38,659 nt of DNA from an uncultured Lachnospiraceae bacterium (GCA_902797665.1 CADBUA010000248.1:1-38659); one strand, 5' to 3'; positions 18,618 through 28,778 are shown, counted from the first letter of the stretch. Notes: generated by a model from the sequence alone, not told the origin. Translations and numbers: made by a program.

Positions 18618-21299
18618 TCAGGACATCTCTTCGCTCTCGGTCTGACTTACAGGCTCCGCTCCTTCCCCTGCCCAGGTCATGGGTGCCCAGTAGCTGGCCT
18701 GGTAAAGGTCGGTCAGGCGGTAAGTGTAAAGCATCTCACTGTCCTCTCCTGCCGAGATTTCCATGTTTGCCAGATGAAGCTCCCCGTCCTCCGGATAGAG
18801 GATGGGGTCGCCCAGGGTATACTGAGCCTGGAAGGTCCCATCGCAGCTATAGTAGTCGCAGAGCAGAATGATCTCATCCCCTGGCTCCATCGGGGAATAC
18901 CCCTTGCCCAGAACGCCGGTGGGCGTTACACTCTGCGCGCCCAGGACCTGGTCCACTCCGGTCTCTTCATTGAACTCGATGATCAGATTGACCCGTTCCC
19001 CGTTCAGAAGTGCCGGAATGAACTTGCGGGTGATATAGAGACCATTATCGTCCTCATCCTCGTCGCTGATCGGATAGACCGCCACGGGCTGCCCCTGAAG
19101 GGTCAGCCAGCTGCCGTCCCAGTCTACAATCAGATCGCCGTCGTCGTTATAGTCTGCCACGTTGTCGAGTCCAAGATCCAAAAAGCCATCCCCATCAAAG
19201 ACAAAGACGTTCAGATCCGCAGCCAGGATCTGGGACCACATGTCCTCACTGAGGGAGAGCACCCGTTCTCCATCCTTCTCTTCAATCTCGAGAGGCACAG
19301 AAGCGATCACCGGGCTCTTCAAAAGCATCTGAGCCGCAAGTTCCAGAAGACTTCCTGCCATGGAGGAATCACTGCCGCCGAAGAGGGAGCCGTAATCCAC
19401 GCCGCCGTAGGTTGTTCCATCCGTAGAGGTGTAACTTCCGCTTCCGCCGCCGAACAGGCTTTCCAGAAGATCGATGGTCTGCCCGTAGGAAGAGCCATAG
19501 CTGTCATAGCCGTTCCCGTATCCGTATCCGGAATTCCCGAACCAGGAACTCCCGGAATTGGAATTCCCACTGTTTCCAAACCAGGAGCTTCCGGAATTGG
19601 AATTTCCACTGTTTCCGAACCAGGAGCTTCCGGAATTGGAATTCCCACTGTTTCCAAGCCAGGAGCTTCCGGAATTGGAATTTCCACTGTTTCCAAGCCA
19701 GGAGCTTCCGGAATTGGAATTCCCACTGTTTCCAAACCAGGAGCTTCCGGAATTGGAATTCCCTGAATTTCCATACCAGGAGCTGCCGGAATCAGAGTAG
19801 CCGTAGGCGCCCGTCAGGAAGCTGATCATATCCTCCAGGCTCATGGACCCGTAGGAATCATAAGGAGACCCCTGGGAGCTGCTGCCATAGGAGGAACCAT
19901 AAGAGGAGCCCTGGGAGCTGGACGGATAGCTGCTGTAGGAGGATCCTGATCCCCCTGCCAGACTCCCCAGCAGGGTCTCAATCAGGCTGCCGGACCCGGA
20001 GCCAAAGATGGAGGAGCTGCCAGCCGCGATCTGACCGGAGTTCTCCAGGGTGGCGTATGCCCTGACACTCTCCTTCCAGCTGCTGTCGATCCCGATCTTG
20101 TCATAGATCTGCACCATGGAGTTGACAGACCTCAGGCTCTTGTTCGGGAAGTAGATGCTCAGGCCGTAAGCGTTCCCGATGTTGTAGGCGCGGTTGTACT
20201 TCACCGCGGACTGAACTGCCGATGCCAGGGTCTTCCCCTTCCTGGAGCCAAGCCGCAGGCAGAAATCGACCAGGTCCACCTGATCGAGGCGGCTGCTGGG
20301 AGAGAACTCCCGGCTGGAGGCTCTGGCCTCGGCCACCGTCTGATAATCCTTGCTCTGAAGCTGCTCGCTCAGCGCAAGGCCGAAACCTGCCAGCTCCTTC
20401 TCCACAATCCCCTGAAGCTCCCCGAGATCCGTCAGGGACAGCGTGGTCTGGCTCCCGGGGCTGGTCTTCTTCGAGGCGGAGATGAAGTCATCAATGATGG
20501 TCCGCCCCAAGGCCAGAGTATCCGTCGAGGAGGACTGATCCAGAAGCTTCATCCAGTTGGTGTAGTACCAGCCGGTGCCCGGCTCCGACTCCTCACTGGC
20601 GATCAGATAGTCCGCATAAGGGGCCAGGGCAATGCCCGTCTCCAGAGTTGCCATCAGACAGGCGTCAAACCCCACAAAATCAAACTTGACTCCACTGTTC
20701 TTCAGGGCGGAAGCCACCTCACTGATGTCCATCGACCCGTTGGGGTACAGTTCATCATAGCCGTATCCGCTGACCGATCCGCCGCCGTGATCCCAGAGAA
20801 TCAGCATGTAGCGATCCGCGTTCCCTTTATTTTTGCAATACTTGATGAAGTCTAAAAGGTTCTCCTCGTCAGTCATCGCGGACTTGCGGAGGGTTTCATC
20901 CAGTTCAAGCCCCTCCCCTGTGATCTCCCAGCGCTGAATCTTTCCGGACTCAATCACAGAGTTCCGCCAGCGCTTGCAGCCGCCGGTCTCCACATAGATG
21001 TTGACCTTCGGATTGTCGACCTGGGCGTAGAGAATCTCATTCAGATCGGATGTGGCCATCCCGCTGCCGCTCTCCAGGTCTGTCCCGATCATGTACAGCA
21101 TGAGGGTGACGGTATCCTTCCCCTTACCCTTGATTTTCGTATACTTTTTCCGCGCCCCGGAGGCCACAGAAGGATTCACCTGGCTGTAGTTGGTGTCCGT
21201 ACCCTTGGCACAGACCTCCGCCGGCTGAATCCAGAGTGTCCCCGCAAACACCGCCAGAGCGGTGAGCAGGGAGACGATTCTTCTGCCTTCTCTCTTCAT
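18618..21299 (-). CDS. Secreted clostripain-family (C11) cysteine peptidase with G/S/N/Y-rich insert
   Basis: Signal peptide; LYMIGTDLES; catalytic His (LWDHGGG) and Cys (GFDACLM); IASEESEPG; GLSIYFP. Confidence 0.88.
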   Translation of the reverse strand: MKREGRRIVSLLTALAVFAGTLWIQPAEVCAKGTDTNYSQVNPSVASGARKKYTKIKGKGKDTVTLMLYMIGTDLESGSGMATSDLNEILYAQVDNPKVNIYVETGGCKRWRNSVIESGKIQRWEITGEGLELDETLRKSAMTDEENLLDFIKYCKNKGNADRYMLILWDHGGGSVSGYGYDELYPNGSMDISEVASALKNSGVKFDFVGFDACLMATLETGIALAPYADYLIASEESEPGTGWYYTNWMKLLDQSSSTDTLALGRTIIDDFISASKKTSPGSQTTLSLTDLGELQGIVEKELAGFGLALSEQLQSKDYQTVAEARASSREFSPSSRLDQVDLVDFCLRLGSRKGKTLASAVQSAVKYNRAYNIGNAYGLSIYFPNKSLRSVNSMVQIYDKIGIDSSWKESVRAYATLENSGQIAAGSSSIFGSGSGSLIETLLGSLAGGSGSSYSSYPSSSQGSSYGSSYGSSSQGSPYDSYGSMSLEDMISFLTGAYGYSDSGSSWYGNSGNSNSGSSWFGNSGNSNSGSSWLGNSGNSNSGSSWLGNSGNSNSGSSWFGNSGNSNSGSSWFGNSGNSNSGSSWFGNSGYGYGNGYDSYGSSYGQTIDLLESLFGGGSGSYTSTDGTTYGGVDYGSLFGGSDSSMAGSLLELAAQMLLKSPVIASVPLEIEEKDGERVLSLSEDMWSQILAADLNVFVFDGDGFLDLGLDNVADYNDDGDLIVDWDGSWLTLQGQPVAVYPISDEDEDDNGLYITRKFIPALLNGERVNLIIEFNEETGVDQVLGAQSVTPTGVLGKGYSPMEPGDEIILLCDYYSCDGTFQAQYTLGDPILYPEDGELHLANMEISAGEDSEMLYTYRLTDLYQASYWAPMTWAGEGAEPVSQTESEEMS
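19527..19790 (-). repeat. 39-bp coding tandem repeat, six full units plus partial flanks (GNSGNSNSGSSW[F/L])
   Basis: CCAGGA recurs at 19542, 19581, 19620, 19659, 19698, 19737 and 19776. Confidence 0.95.
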
Positions 21300-21346
21300 T
21301 TTGCTTCCCTCAATCCATTCTCAATCGCTGCAAAAGAAAGGTTATG

Positions 21347-21399
21347 AACTGTATGTCTGCGCTTTGCGCAGCAAGTGCGCAAAGCGGCTTTACAGTTAC
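21347..21399 (+). repeat. Dispersed intergenic element, core module with perfect 11-bp hairpin
   Basis: AACTGTATGTCTG-CGCTTTGCGCA-GCAAG-TGCGCAAAGCG-GCTTTACAGTTAC. Confidence 0.85.
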
Positions 21400-21492
21400 A
21401 AAGAAAGGTCCCTGGGAACTCCCCGATAGGGGAGCCTCCAGGACCTGCCCTCCAGTTTCCCAGGCTGAAGTCCCTGGAGCATCCTGCCGCGC

Positions 21493-21645
21493 TTAGTCTT
21501 TGTCCTTGTCCTCTTTCTCCTGCAAAGCTCCCCTGAGCGGCGCTTCCCCGGATCCGGCGCGAACCGTTCCCTCAACCTTTTCGCCCTTCCTGACTTCTGC
21601 GATCCCTTCTTCCTTTTTCACTTTCCTGCTGTGGGGTCTTTCCAT
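21493..21645 (-). CDS. Unannotated 50-aa charged small protein
   Basis: AAAAGGAGG RBS 6 nt before ATG 21645; MERPHSRKVKKEEGIAEVRKGEKVEGTVRAGSGEAPLRGALQEKEDKDKD, stop TAA. Confidence 0.6.
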   Translation of the reverse strand: MERPHSRKVKKEEGIAEVRKGEKVEGTVRAGSGEAPLRGALQEKEDKDKD

Positions 21646-21780
21646 CATCTTCCTCCTTTTTATTCATTCCGGGATCCATTCGGATCTGCCAGTTGTTTCA
21701 CCGCTTCTGCCCCTCGCGCCTGCTTTCTCAGCGTCTTACGCGCGGGTATCTTTCCATCTTCTGTTTCCAGCTGCTGAATC

Positions 21781-21823
21781 GTAGCTGTCCAGTCGCAGGC
21801 TCCTGGGAGCTACGAGGCCGGGC
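21781..21823 (+). repeat. Dispersed intergenic element, left module only
   Basis: GTAGCTGTCCAGTCGCAGGCTCCTGGGAGCTACGAGGCCGGGC matches the reverse complement of 34540-34582 at 38 of 43 positions by eye. Confidence 0.8.
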
Positions 21824-21878
21824 GTAAATGACTGTGGTTTCTTACGCTTGATTCCATACGCTCGTGAGAAATCTTCTC

Positions 21879-23381
21879 CTAGGCATCCGGCCTCGCGTAG
21901 GAATTCTTCATTCCCATGGAACGCTCAAAAAGTACCTTATCCAGGACTTTTCCCGCCTCCTCCCGGATCATCGAAACGATCTTCTCATTCGCCGCCTCTG
22001 TCTTTTCCAGGTAAGCTGTCATCTCCTGATCCCCCAGCTCCAGCATCTCCCGGTCCGCCTCCTTGAGGATCCCGCGAGCCCGGGAAGAGGCCGCATTCTG
22101 GTAGCGCTCGATGTGGATCAGGCATCTGCCCATGGATGCGTCGGCCAATGCCCCGATCAGCCTCGAGACCCAGTAAAAGCTCTCTGTGGAAACCTCCTCT
22201 CCTGTACCTGTCAGATAGTCCGGGAAGCTCCGCACATTCGGATACAGGGGGATCATCGCGTTGAACACGTTGGACCCGAAAGCGATCCACTCGAGGGAGC
22301 GGAAACCATCCGGAAGATCGGGCCGGATCTGGATCATCCCCAGAAAGTCCGTCCGGTTGACGCCGATCGGCCGATACATGCCTCCTCTTGACCGATCACC
22401 AAAAGCAGAATAGACGTCATAGGCCGTTCCCTGATAGTGGGACGAGAGCAGGTACTTGATATCCTCCGGTGTGATCTTCCGATCCGGAAGCACGCACCAG
22501 GGCAGGTCATCGCTCTCCGGGAAATAGCGGGCATTCTGCCCTTCATAGAGCTGACGCTGACTTGGGAGGAGTCTCAAAAGCATGTACCAGGCGCGGGGTG
22601 TGTTGTAGACATGATCGCTGTCAGACCGCGTACCAAAAGCCAGGCGGGCATCGAAATGGACAGGATCAGGCTTCCGCTGAAGGTCCAGATGATTGTCCCT
22701 GATAAAGTCCAGAAGATCCTCCGAGCAGAGATGTGCCCGCTTCTCCCCGAAGGCGTCCGTGAGATCAAACGAGTCTATGCCATTCTGGTTCGGCATCACC
22801 ACACAGGCCTCATCCGGAACTCTCTTCGCGATCCAGTGGTGCCCGCCGATGGTCTCCATCCACCAGATCTCATCCTTGTCCGAGATGGCTATGCCGTTCA
22901 TCTCATAAGTCCCATACTGCGCGAGGAGAGATCCCAGGCGGAGCACCCCCTCCCGGGCGCTCTCCACATAGGGCAGAACCAGGAGAAGCAGATCCTCCTC
23001 TCCGATTCCCCCGGGGCGCTCCGGCTTTCCGTCCTTCTCCGGGACAAGCCGCACCAGAGGGTCCGCTCCCAGAACCCGCTCATTGGAGGCAATGGTCTCC
23101 GTGGCAGTCATACCGACATTTTTCTCATTGACCCCGGCAGCGGCCCAGAGTCCCTTGCCCTCCAGGGCGTTCGGGGTCATGCTGAAGCGGAAGGCATGTT
23201 CCGGAAGGGTCAGCTCCACATGGGAGAGCACCGACCGGTAGGGATTCTGAGGGATGCCCTCTCCACCCACCGCCATCTTTTTTGGGGTGAAATGACCTGC
23301 GCTGGCATCATCATTGCGGGCAATCATGGTGGAGCCGTCATAGGAAGCCTTCTTCCCAACCAGAATTGTGGTGCATGACAT
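21879..23381 (-). CDS. Peptidase C69 family dipeptidase
   Basis: N-terminal nucleophile SCTTILVGKKASYDGSTMIARNDD; GVNE; TATET; YNTPR. Confidence 0.92.
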   Translation of the reverse strand: MSCTTILVGKKASYDGSTMIARNDDASAGHFTPKKMAVGGEGIPQNPYRSVLSHVELTLPEHAFRFSMTPNALEGKGLWAAAGVNEKNVGMTATETIASNERVLGADPLVRLVPEKDGKPERPGGIGEEDLLLLVLPYVESAREGVLRLGSLLAQYGTYEMNGIAISDKDEIWWMETIGGHHWIAKRVPDEACVVMPNQNGIDSFDLTDAFGEKRAHLCSEDLLDFIRDNHLDLQRKPDPVHFDARLAFGTRSDSDHVYNTPRAWYMLLRLLPSQRQLYEGQNARYFPESDDLPWCVLPDRKITPEDIKYLLSSHYQGTAYDVYSAFGDRSRGGMYRPIGVNRTDFLGMIQIRPDLPDGFRSLEWIAFGSNVFNAMIPLYPNVRSFPDYLTGTGEEVSTESFYWVSRLIGALADASMGRCLIHIERYQNAASSRARGILKEADREMLELGDQEMTAYLEKTEAANEKIVSMIREEAGKVLDKVLFERSMGMKNSYARPDA

Positions 23382-23436
23382 GAATTCTCTCTCCTTCTAT
23401 TATACGCGCTCGCGGATATCCGCACGCGCGATTCCG

Positions 23437-25821
23437 TCATCCAGCCTGTCCGTCCTTCTCGACTGCCTCCGTGACCAGCCCCACAGGATCCAGGAAGAGG
23501 GAGTCCACCCGGCCTCTGACATCTGTCAGGTGGTTGTAAGTGAGGCTGTTGTAGGCATTGATGAGGTCTCCATAGACTGCATCCTCATCCACTTCTCCCC
23601 AGTTGTGGTAGATGCCTTCCTGATCCACGTAGGTGCCGCTGCAGATGACCGGAAGCTCTTTCTCAAGACGTAAAAGAAATTCCTGGTAGGCAGTCAGCGG
23701 CAGACCCGCCTGGGAAAGAATGTTGGCAGCCAGGTAGTTCACTGAGATGAGGTCCCCTCCCTCCTCTTTCGGAAGGCCGAAGTTGTTCCAGATGAAGTAG
23801 GGCACCTGATAATGCTTCTGGGTTTCCTCCAGATCGCCGTTCTCGTCAAACCCGGTCAGGCCGTCAATGATGTCGGTCACGTAGTCAGAGGGCTCATGAT
23901 CGCCAAAGGCGACAATGATGGTCGGCTCGGTGACATTCTCCTCAAACCAGCTGATCAGGTGCTCCATCGCCTCATCCGATCTGCGGATCAGGGTCAGATA
24001 GCGCTCCGCTGCCACCACCTCTGTCGACTGATATCCCAGGTCAGGCAGGAAGATCGTGTGCCTGAAACCATTGTCCGTCTGGGCATTGGCTGTATAGCCG
24101 GAGTGATTCTGCATGGTCACCTCGAAGATGAACTGCCTGTCACTGCCTTTCTCCTGGAAGATCTCCTCAATCCTCCGGAAAGCGGACTCATCGTCCACGT
24201 ATTTGCGGATCGTCGTGGCATTGGGGAAGGACTTAATGTCCATGAACCTGTCAAAGCCCATCAGTGGGTATACCCGCTTCCGATCCCAGCCAGACCCAAG
24301 ATAGGGGTGCATTCCGATCGTCGTATAACCGAGGGAAGACAGATACGATGCCAGGGTTGGGATCTCGCTGGAGATGTACTGCTGGAAGACCACACTGCCT
24401 TCCGGCAGGAAGGCCATGGTATCTCCCGCCAGAAACTCATACTCTGTATTGGCTGTGTTTCCTCCCTTCACGGAGACCATCAGATAGCCTGACGTGTACT
24501 GATCCATCATGCTGCGGAAGAAGGGAATCGGGTCCTCGGTCACATTGAAATCGCCGATGACAGACAGATCCGAAAAAGCCTCATCCATGATGACGATGAT
24601 GTTGGGCGCCTTCTGAATGTCAAAAGTTCCGGGCGTCCCTGTCGTTTCCCCGGCCTCAGTGTCTGTCTTTCCGTCTTTGTCCTTGCCTTTGTCTTCAGAC
24701 TTACCATTGGTTTTCCCGGGCATCGGGATCTGGATCAGGGAACTTCCGGAATTCAGATCATCTGCATCTCCATCTGATCCGTAAAGGGGCTGCAGGTACT
24801 CAGACTCCGTCTCCAGGATTCCGGCTTCGATTTCCTCCACCTTCGCGCTGCTGTACCCCTCCGGCTTTCTGATGTTGATCAGGCTCAGATTGGCCAGATA
24901 GGCCACCACCAGACCGTTCTTCTTGTAGCGGACATTGGGGGTAAAAAGGGTTGTGTCCATCCCCCAGAAGGTCTTGACATCCTTGTTCTGAATGGCTGAG
25001 ACCATCAGAACCAGTCCGAGGACAGCTCCAAGAAAGCCCGCATAGCGGAGGAACTGCTTCTTTCCCCAGTTCTTTGTGCTTCCCCGCATCTTTCCGCTGG
25101 AGAGGATCAGGAAGACAAAGCCGAAGGAAGAAAAGAGGACTCTCCAGTAGATGGTGTAGGTGAAGTTGGAAGCTACGTTCCCGGCGGTCCGGATCGACAG
25201 AATATCCCAGGGAACCAGAGGACTCCCCCGGAACTTGACCACATAGAAGTTGACGACGGCCAGAAGCATCAGAAATCCTGAAGCGATGCTGCAGCCCCAG
25301 GGAAGGCTGCCAAAGAGAAAGGCCAGGGCCAGGAAGAAGAGATAATAAAAAATCAGGTTCAGATAGATCATCCGGTAGGGAGGCTCCGCTGTCATATAGG
25401 AGTACCTGGCACCGACATGCCAGAAACCGGCATTGTAGAATTCCACCAGAATGAAAGCCAGAAATGGAGCCGCGATGCTGAAAACCACGTTCCAGACCAT
25501 CTGGAAGATTTTCAGCTGTTTCGAAATCTCCAGGCAGAAATAAAGGCCCGCAAGAATAGAAAGGGCGATCGCTGCCGGAAAGTACCAATTCTCACCGGGC
25601 TGAACGTCCTTGTGGGCCAGAGAGGAGAAGACAATCATTACAGAGGATAAGAGAATCGCTCCGCCATACCTGCCAATCCACTTCTGCTTTCCCGCCTGTT
25701 CCCCCTTTTTACTCCGATCTCTCGGTTCTGTGATCTCTTTTGCTGCCAATGTATCCACACTTTCTGCCTGCAAATGCCGGCCATCACGAGGAAGGCCGGC
25801 ATCAAAAGACTGTATTTCCAT
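23437..25821 (-). CDS. LTA synthase (LtaS) / sulfatase-family membrane protein
   Basis: Multiple N-terminal TM helices; PNIIVIMDEAF, GGNTANTEYEFL, TMQNH, FGDHEP. Confidence 0.88.
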   Translation of the reverse strand: MEIQSFDAGLPRDGRHLQAESVDTLAAKEITEPRDRSKKGEQAGKQKWIGRYGGAILLSSVMIVFSSLAHKDVQPGENWYFPAAIALSILAGLYFCLEISKQLKIFQMVWNVVFSIAAPFLAFILVEFYNAGFWHVGARYSYMTAEPPYRMIYLNLIFYYLFFLALAFLFGSLPWGCSIASGFLMLLAVVNFYVVKFRGSPLVPWDILSIRTAGNVASNFTYTIYWRVLFSSFGFVFLILSSGKMRGSTKNWGKKQFLRYAGFLGAVLGLVLMVSAIQNKDVKTFWGMDTTLFTPNVRYKKNGLVVAYLANLSLINIRKPEGYSSAKVEEIEAGILETESEYLQPLYGSDGDADDLNSGSSLIQIPMPGKTNGKSEDKGKDKDGKTDTEAGETTGTPGTFDIQKAPNIIVIMDEAFSDLSVIGDFNVTEDPIPFFRSMMDQYTSGYLMVSVKGGNTANTEYEFLAGDTMAFLPEGSVVFQQYISSEIPTLASYLSSLGYTTIGMHPYLGSGWDRKRVYPLMGFDRFMDIKSFPNATTIRKYVDDESAFRRIEEIFQEKGSDRQFIFEVTMQNHSGYTANAQTDNGFRHTIFLPDLGYQSTEVVAAERYLTLIRRSDEAMEHLISWFEENVTEPTIIVAFGDHEPSDYVTDIIDGLTGFDENGDLEETQKHYQVPYFIWNNFGLPKEEGGDLISVNYLAANILSQAGLPLTAYQEFLLRLEKELPVICSGTYVDQEGIYHNWGEVDEDAVYGDLINAYNSLTYNHLTDVRGRVDSLFLDPVGLVTEAVEKDGQAG

Positions 25822-25870
25822 GCTGCTCTGCTTCTTGATAGAGCAGCAATCTTTCTTCTCTGATTCGATA

Positions 25871-25988
25871 AAGGACTCCAGTCCGAAATGCCTTTCGGCT
25901 GAATGCCTGTAGGATCTGCTGCTTTCGCTTATGAACTGTATGACTGCGATATGCGCAGCAAGTACGCAAAGCGGACTGGACAGTTCCC
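25871..25988 (+). repeat. Dispersed intergenic element, core module with inverted left end
   Basis: Core at 25934-25985. TCCAGTCCG (25877-25885) pairs with CGGACTGGA (25972-25980). An inverted fragment of the left module, CGGCTGAATGCCT, lies at 25896-25908. Confidence 0.8.
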
Positions 25989-26190
25989 TGCTTTCAATCG
26001 GTCGGACCGTCTTTCAGGTCTATCCGATCCGATCCTGACCTGGCTGGACCATCCTGCGTTCAGGCAGGAAAGAAGCAGTATACCGGGCTGAAATCTCTGC
26101 CGGGGATCATCAGGGGGGGATGCCCGCCCTGACTGTTTTGCATTTCACAGGTTCTCACAAAGATAGAACAGCCATCTCCATCGTTCCATC

Positions 26191-27183
26191 TCATTGCGGA
26201 TCGGCGCTGGGCAGCCCGTTTTTGATGTGCCTGTGCGTAAACAGGTGCTCCTGGCAGTACTCGTAGCTCCCCTCGCAGCGGGAACAGTAACGGAACTCCA
26301 GGTTCGGGTCGTCGAGCTCCGTGCGGCCGCAGATGGTGCAGCGATGCCGGGCTCCATTCCGATCCATCCTGGGATAGGCGGCGCGCTGATTCCCGTCATG
26401 GAAAGGCCCTTTCTCCCTTACCGCGCGGCCCATGATGCCGGTCCCTTTCACTTTCCCGGCATTCCCATGCCTTGCGGATGCGCGTGTGGCTTTCCGGAAA
26501 GAGGCACGTCTCCTGATCTCTCCCGGTGAAAAATGCTTCAGATTCCGCGTCAGCAGGAAGTAGAGGATGAAGTTCAGGAGGGATACGATGATGATCACCC
26601 GCCCGGACCAGTACTGCATCCGGATAAAGTCATAGACCAGAAAAGCCCCGTAAAGCCAGCCCAGCCACTTGATCTTCACCGGAATCAGGAAGTAAAGAAG
26701 GACCTGCATGTCCGGATAAGTCAGCGCAAACGCCAGGAAGATGGACATGTTGATGTAGTAGGTGCTGCAGTAGTAGGGAATGGCCATGATGTTGTAGGCA
26801 GCCCCGTTGGTCCCAATCAGAAGCAGGACAGCGTACAGAAGGCAGGCACCGACCGCGGTCATAAGGATCCCGCTGAAGATGTATACATTAAACAGGAAAT
26901 CCCCCCAGGTCTGAGCAAGGACCTTCGCGATGCTGTAATAGAAAAAGAGCATGATGATCGTGAAGATATCGAGGCTTGAGGGCGGAACCACAATCCAGGT
27001 AATGATGCGCCATACCTGCCCGCTGTGGAAAATCGCTTCCGGATCCAGCCGGCAGTAGTTGAGAAAACCCGGCGAGATCAGACTCATGATATACCCGGCC
27101 GCGTACAGAGCGATGACAATCACCGGGAGGTCATGGAGCGCGTACTTTCCAAAGCGGCGTTCCATCTTTTTCAGAAACTTCAT
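26191..27183 (-). CDS. Conserved membrane protein (rhomboid/Der1-like) with C-terminal Zn finger
   Basis: GQVWRIITW, about six TM helices, C-terminal CTICG...YCSRCEGSYEYCQEHLFTH. Confidence 0.75.
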   Translation of the reverse strand: MKFLKKMERRFGKYALHDLPVIVIALYAAGYIMSLISPGFLNYCRLDPEAIFHSGQVWRIITWIVVPPSSLDIFTIIMLFFYYSIAKVLAQTWGDFLFNVYIFSGILMTAVGACLLYAVLLLIGTNGAAYNIMAIPYYCSTYYINMSIFLAFALTYPDMQVLLYFLIPVKIKWLGWLYGAFLVYDFIRMQYWSGRVIIIVSLLNFILYFLLTRNLKHFSPGEIRRRASFRKATRASARHGNAGKVKGTGIMGRAVREKGPFHDGNQRAAYPRMDRNGARHRCTICGRTELDDPNLEFRYCSRCEGSYEYCQEHLFTHRHIKNGLPSADPQ

Positions 27184-27267
27184 TGTTTTCCCCTTCCTTT
27201 TCGCCTGGGTGCATTAAGCCTCCGAAAAAGCCCAGGTATTCACGCATCCCGGCACAAAGTAATGGAT

Positions 27268-27296
27268 ATTATAGAGAAAAAAGGTGCGAATGTACA
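27268..27296 (-). promoter_or_regulatory. Putative sigma-A promoter
   Basis: Minus strand TGTACA-17 bp-TATAAT upstream of the gene starting at 27183. Confidence 0.45.
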
Positions 27297-27328
27297 GAGA
27301 CTCCAGGGAGAGATCACAGAAAAAACAT

Positions 27329-27355
27329 GAAAATCCGGTTCATCACCGGATTTTC
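27329..27355 (-). terminator. Putative terminator after aroC
   Basis: GAAAATCCGGT-TCATC-ACCGGATTTTC, followed on the minus strand by ATGTTTTTT. Confidence 0.55.
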
Positions 27356-27437
27356 TCCCTTTGCCATTCAGCTGTCTCCCATCTCCCAGGCCTTTGAAGG
27401 CCCGGACATGACACTTCCGCCTCTCCCAGACAAAGCT

Positions 27438-28544
27438 TCAGCGCGTCTGTCCGTAAATCTTTTCCAGGTTCTCCATCCGGGCACCCATCCCCTCCAGGAG
27501 AAGGTCCAGAAGCACCATGGCGGTCATGGCCTCCAGCACCACCACTGCCCTGGGCACGATGATCGGGTCATGCCGGCCGGGGATCTCAATCTCGTGAAGG
27601 TCTCCATCCACTCCAAGACTGCTCTGCTTCTGGCTGATGGACGGAGTCGGTTTGAACGCCGCCCGGACTGTCAGGGCACTCCCATCGGACATGCCGCCCA
27701 GGACACCGCCCGCGTGGTTGGTCTTTTTCAGGATTTTCCCATCCCGCCTCTCCCACTGGTCATTGTTACAGCTCCCGGTACTCTCCGCGGCGGAAAAACC
27801 GTCCCCGATCTCCACACCCTTGACGGCGCCAATGGAGAAAAGGGCCTGCCCAAGCCGGGCATCCAGCTTGTCAAAGACCGGCTCTCCAATCCCGGCCGGC
27901 AGGTTCGTGACAACGCACTCCACCACCCCGCCCAGGGAATCCCCCCTCCTCATGCTTTCTTCTAAAAGCTCTGTCGCCTCTTTCTCGGCCAGCGAATCTG
28001 GCATGCACAGAGGCGACAGGGAGAGATGCTCCCGGTCAAAACGCTCCATGGAGATGGACACCGGACCGATCTTTCTGCTGTAGGAGAGAAACTCGATGCC
28101 GAGGGACTGAAGAACCTTCTCGGCGACAGCCCCGCCCGCCACCCTGGCCGCCGTCTCCCGGCCGGAGGAACGGCCGCCTCCTCGGTAATCGCGAAAGCCG
28201 TATTTCTGATCAAAGGTGATATCCGCATGCCCCGGGCGGTAGATCCCGGAGATTTTGCTGTAATCCCTTGAGCGCTGATCCTGGTTTCGGATGATGAGAC
28301 TGATGGGGGTCCCGGTCGTTCTGCCCTCAAAGGTCCCAGACCAGATTTCGACCTGATCCGGCTCCTGCCTTTTGGTGCTATAGCGCGACTGCCCGGGCCT
28401 GCGCCGATCCAGCAGGACCTGGATGTCCTCCTCCTTCAGAGAAAGCCCCGCCGGGCATCCGTCAATCACACAGCCGATCCCCCGGCCGTGGCTCTCCCCC
28501 CAGGTCGTAACCCGGTACAGTTTTCCAAATGTTGATCCTGCCAT
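27438..28544 (-). CDS. aroC: Chorismate synthase
   Basis: MAGSTFG, WGESHG, RPGHAD, RGGGRSSGRET, GRHDP; start 28544 with GGAAGGGAG RBS. Confidence 0.96.
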   Translation of the reverse strand: MAGSTFGKLYRVTTWGESHGRGIGCVIDGCPAGLSLKEEDIQVLLDRRRPGQSRYSTKRQEPDQVEIWSGTFEGRTTGTPISLIIRNQDQRSRDYSKISGIYRPGHADITFDQKYGFRDYRGGGRSSGRETAARVAGGAVAEKVLQSLGIEFLSYSRKIGPVSISMERFDREHLSLSPLCMPDSLAEKEATELLEESMRRGDSLGGVVECVVTNLPAGIGEPVFDKLDARLGQALFSIGAVKGVEIGDGFSAAESTGSCNNDQWERRDGKILKKTNHAGGVLGGMSDGSALTVRAAFKPTPSISQKQSSLGVDGDLHEIEIPGRHDPIIVPRAVVVLEAMTAMVLLDLLLEGMGARMENLEKIYGQTR

Positions 28545-28569
28545 GGATCTCCCTTCCAAGATATTTATC

Positions 28570-28620
28570 GTACCTGTCCAGGTACGAGACCAGGCGCAGG
28601 CTCCTGCGCCCGCATTCAAT
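28570..28620 (+). repeat. Dispersed intergenic element, internally deleted left module
   Basis: GTACCTGTCCAG followed by GTACGAGACCAGGCGCAGGCTCCTGCGCCCGCATTCAAT. Confidence 0.7.
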
Positions 28621-28778
28621 CTGCGCCAGGCGCATGACACGCACACATGTCGGGCGAAACCGCCTGACTGAAGACGCAGAGATACCCATAAGCACGGGAA
28701 TCTGCGACAGAATTGGCGCGAGAAAGCATATACCGGTGAAATGCCTGGCAAATTCGAATGGTTCCCGATATAAGATAT

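Noticed and set aside
19527-19790. Possible CRISPR array, or alternative repeat proteins in ORFs 19319-19774 and 19558-19800
   Set aside because: Head-to-tail 39-bp units with no unique spacers, in frame within the clostripain gene; no cas genes.
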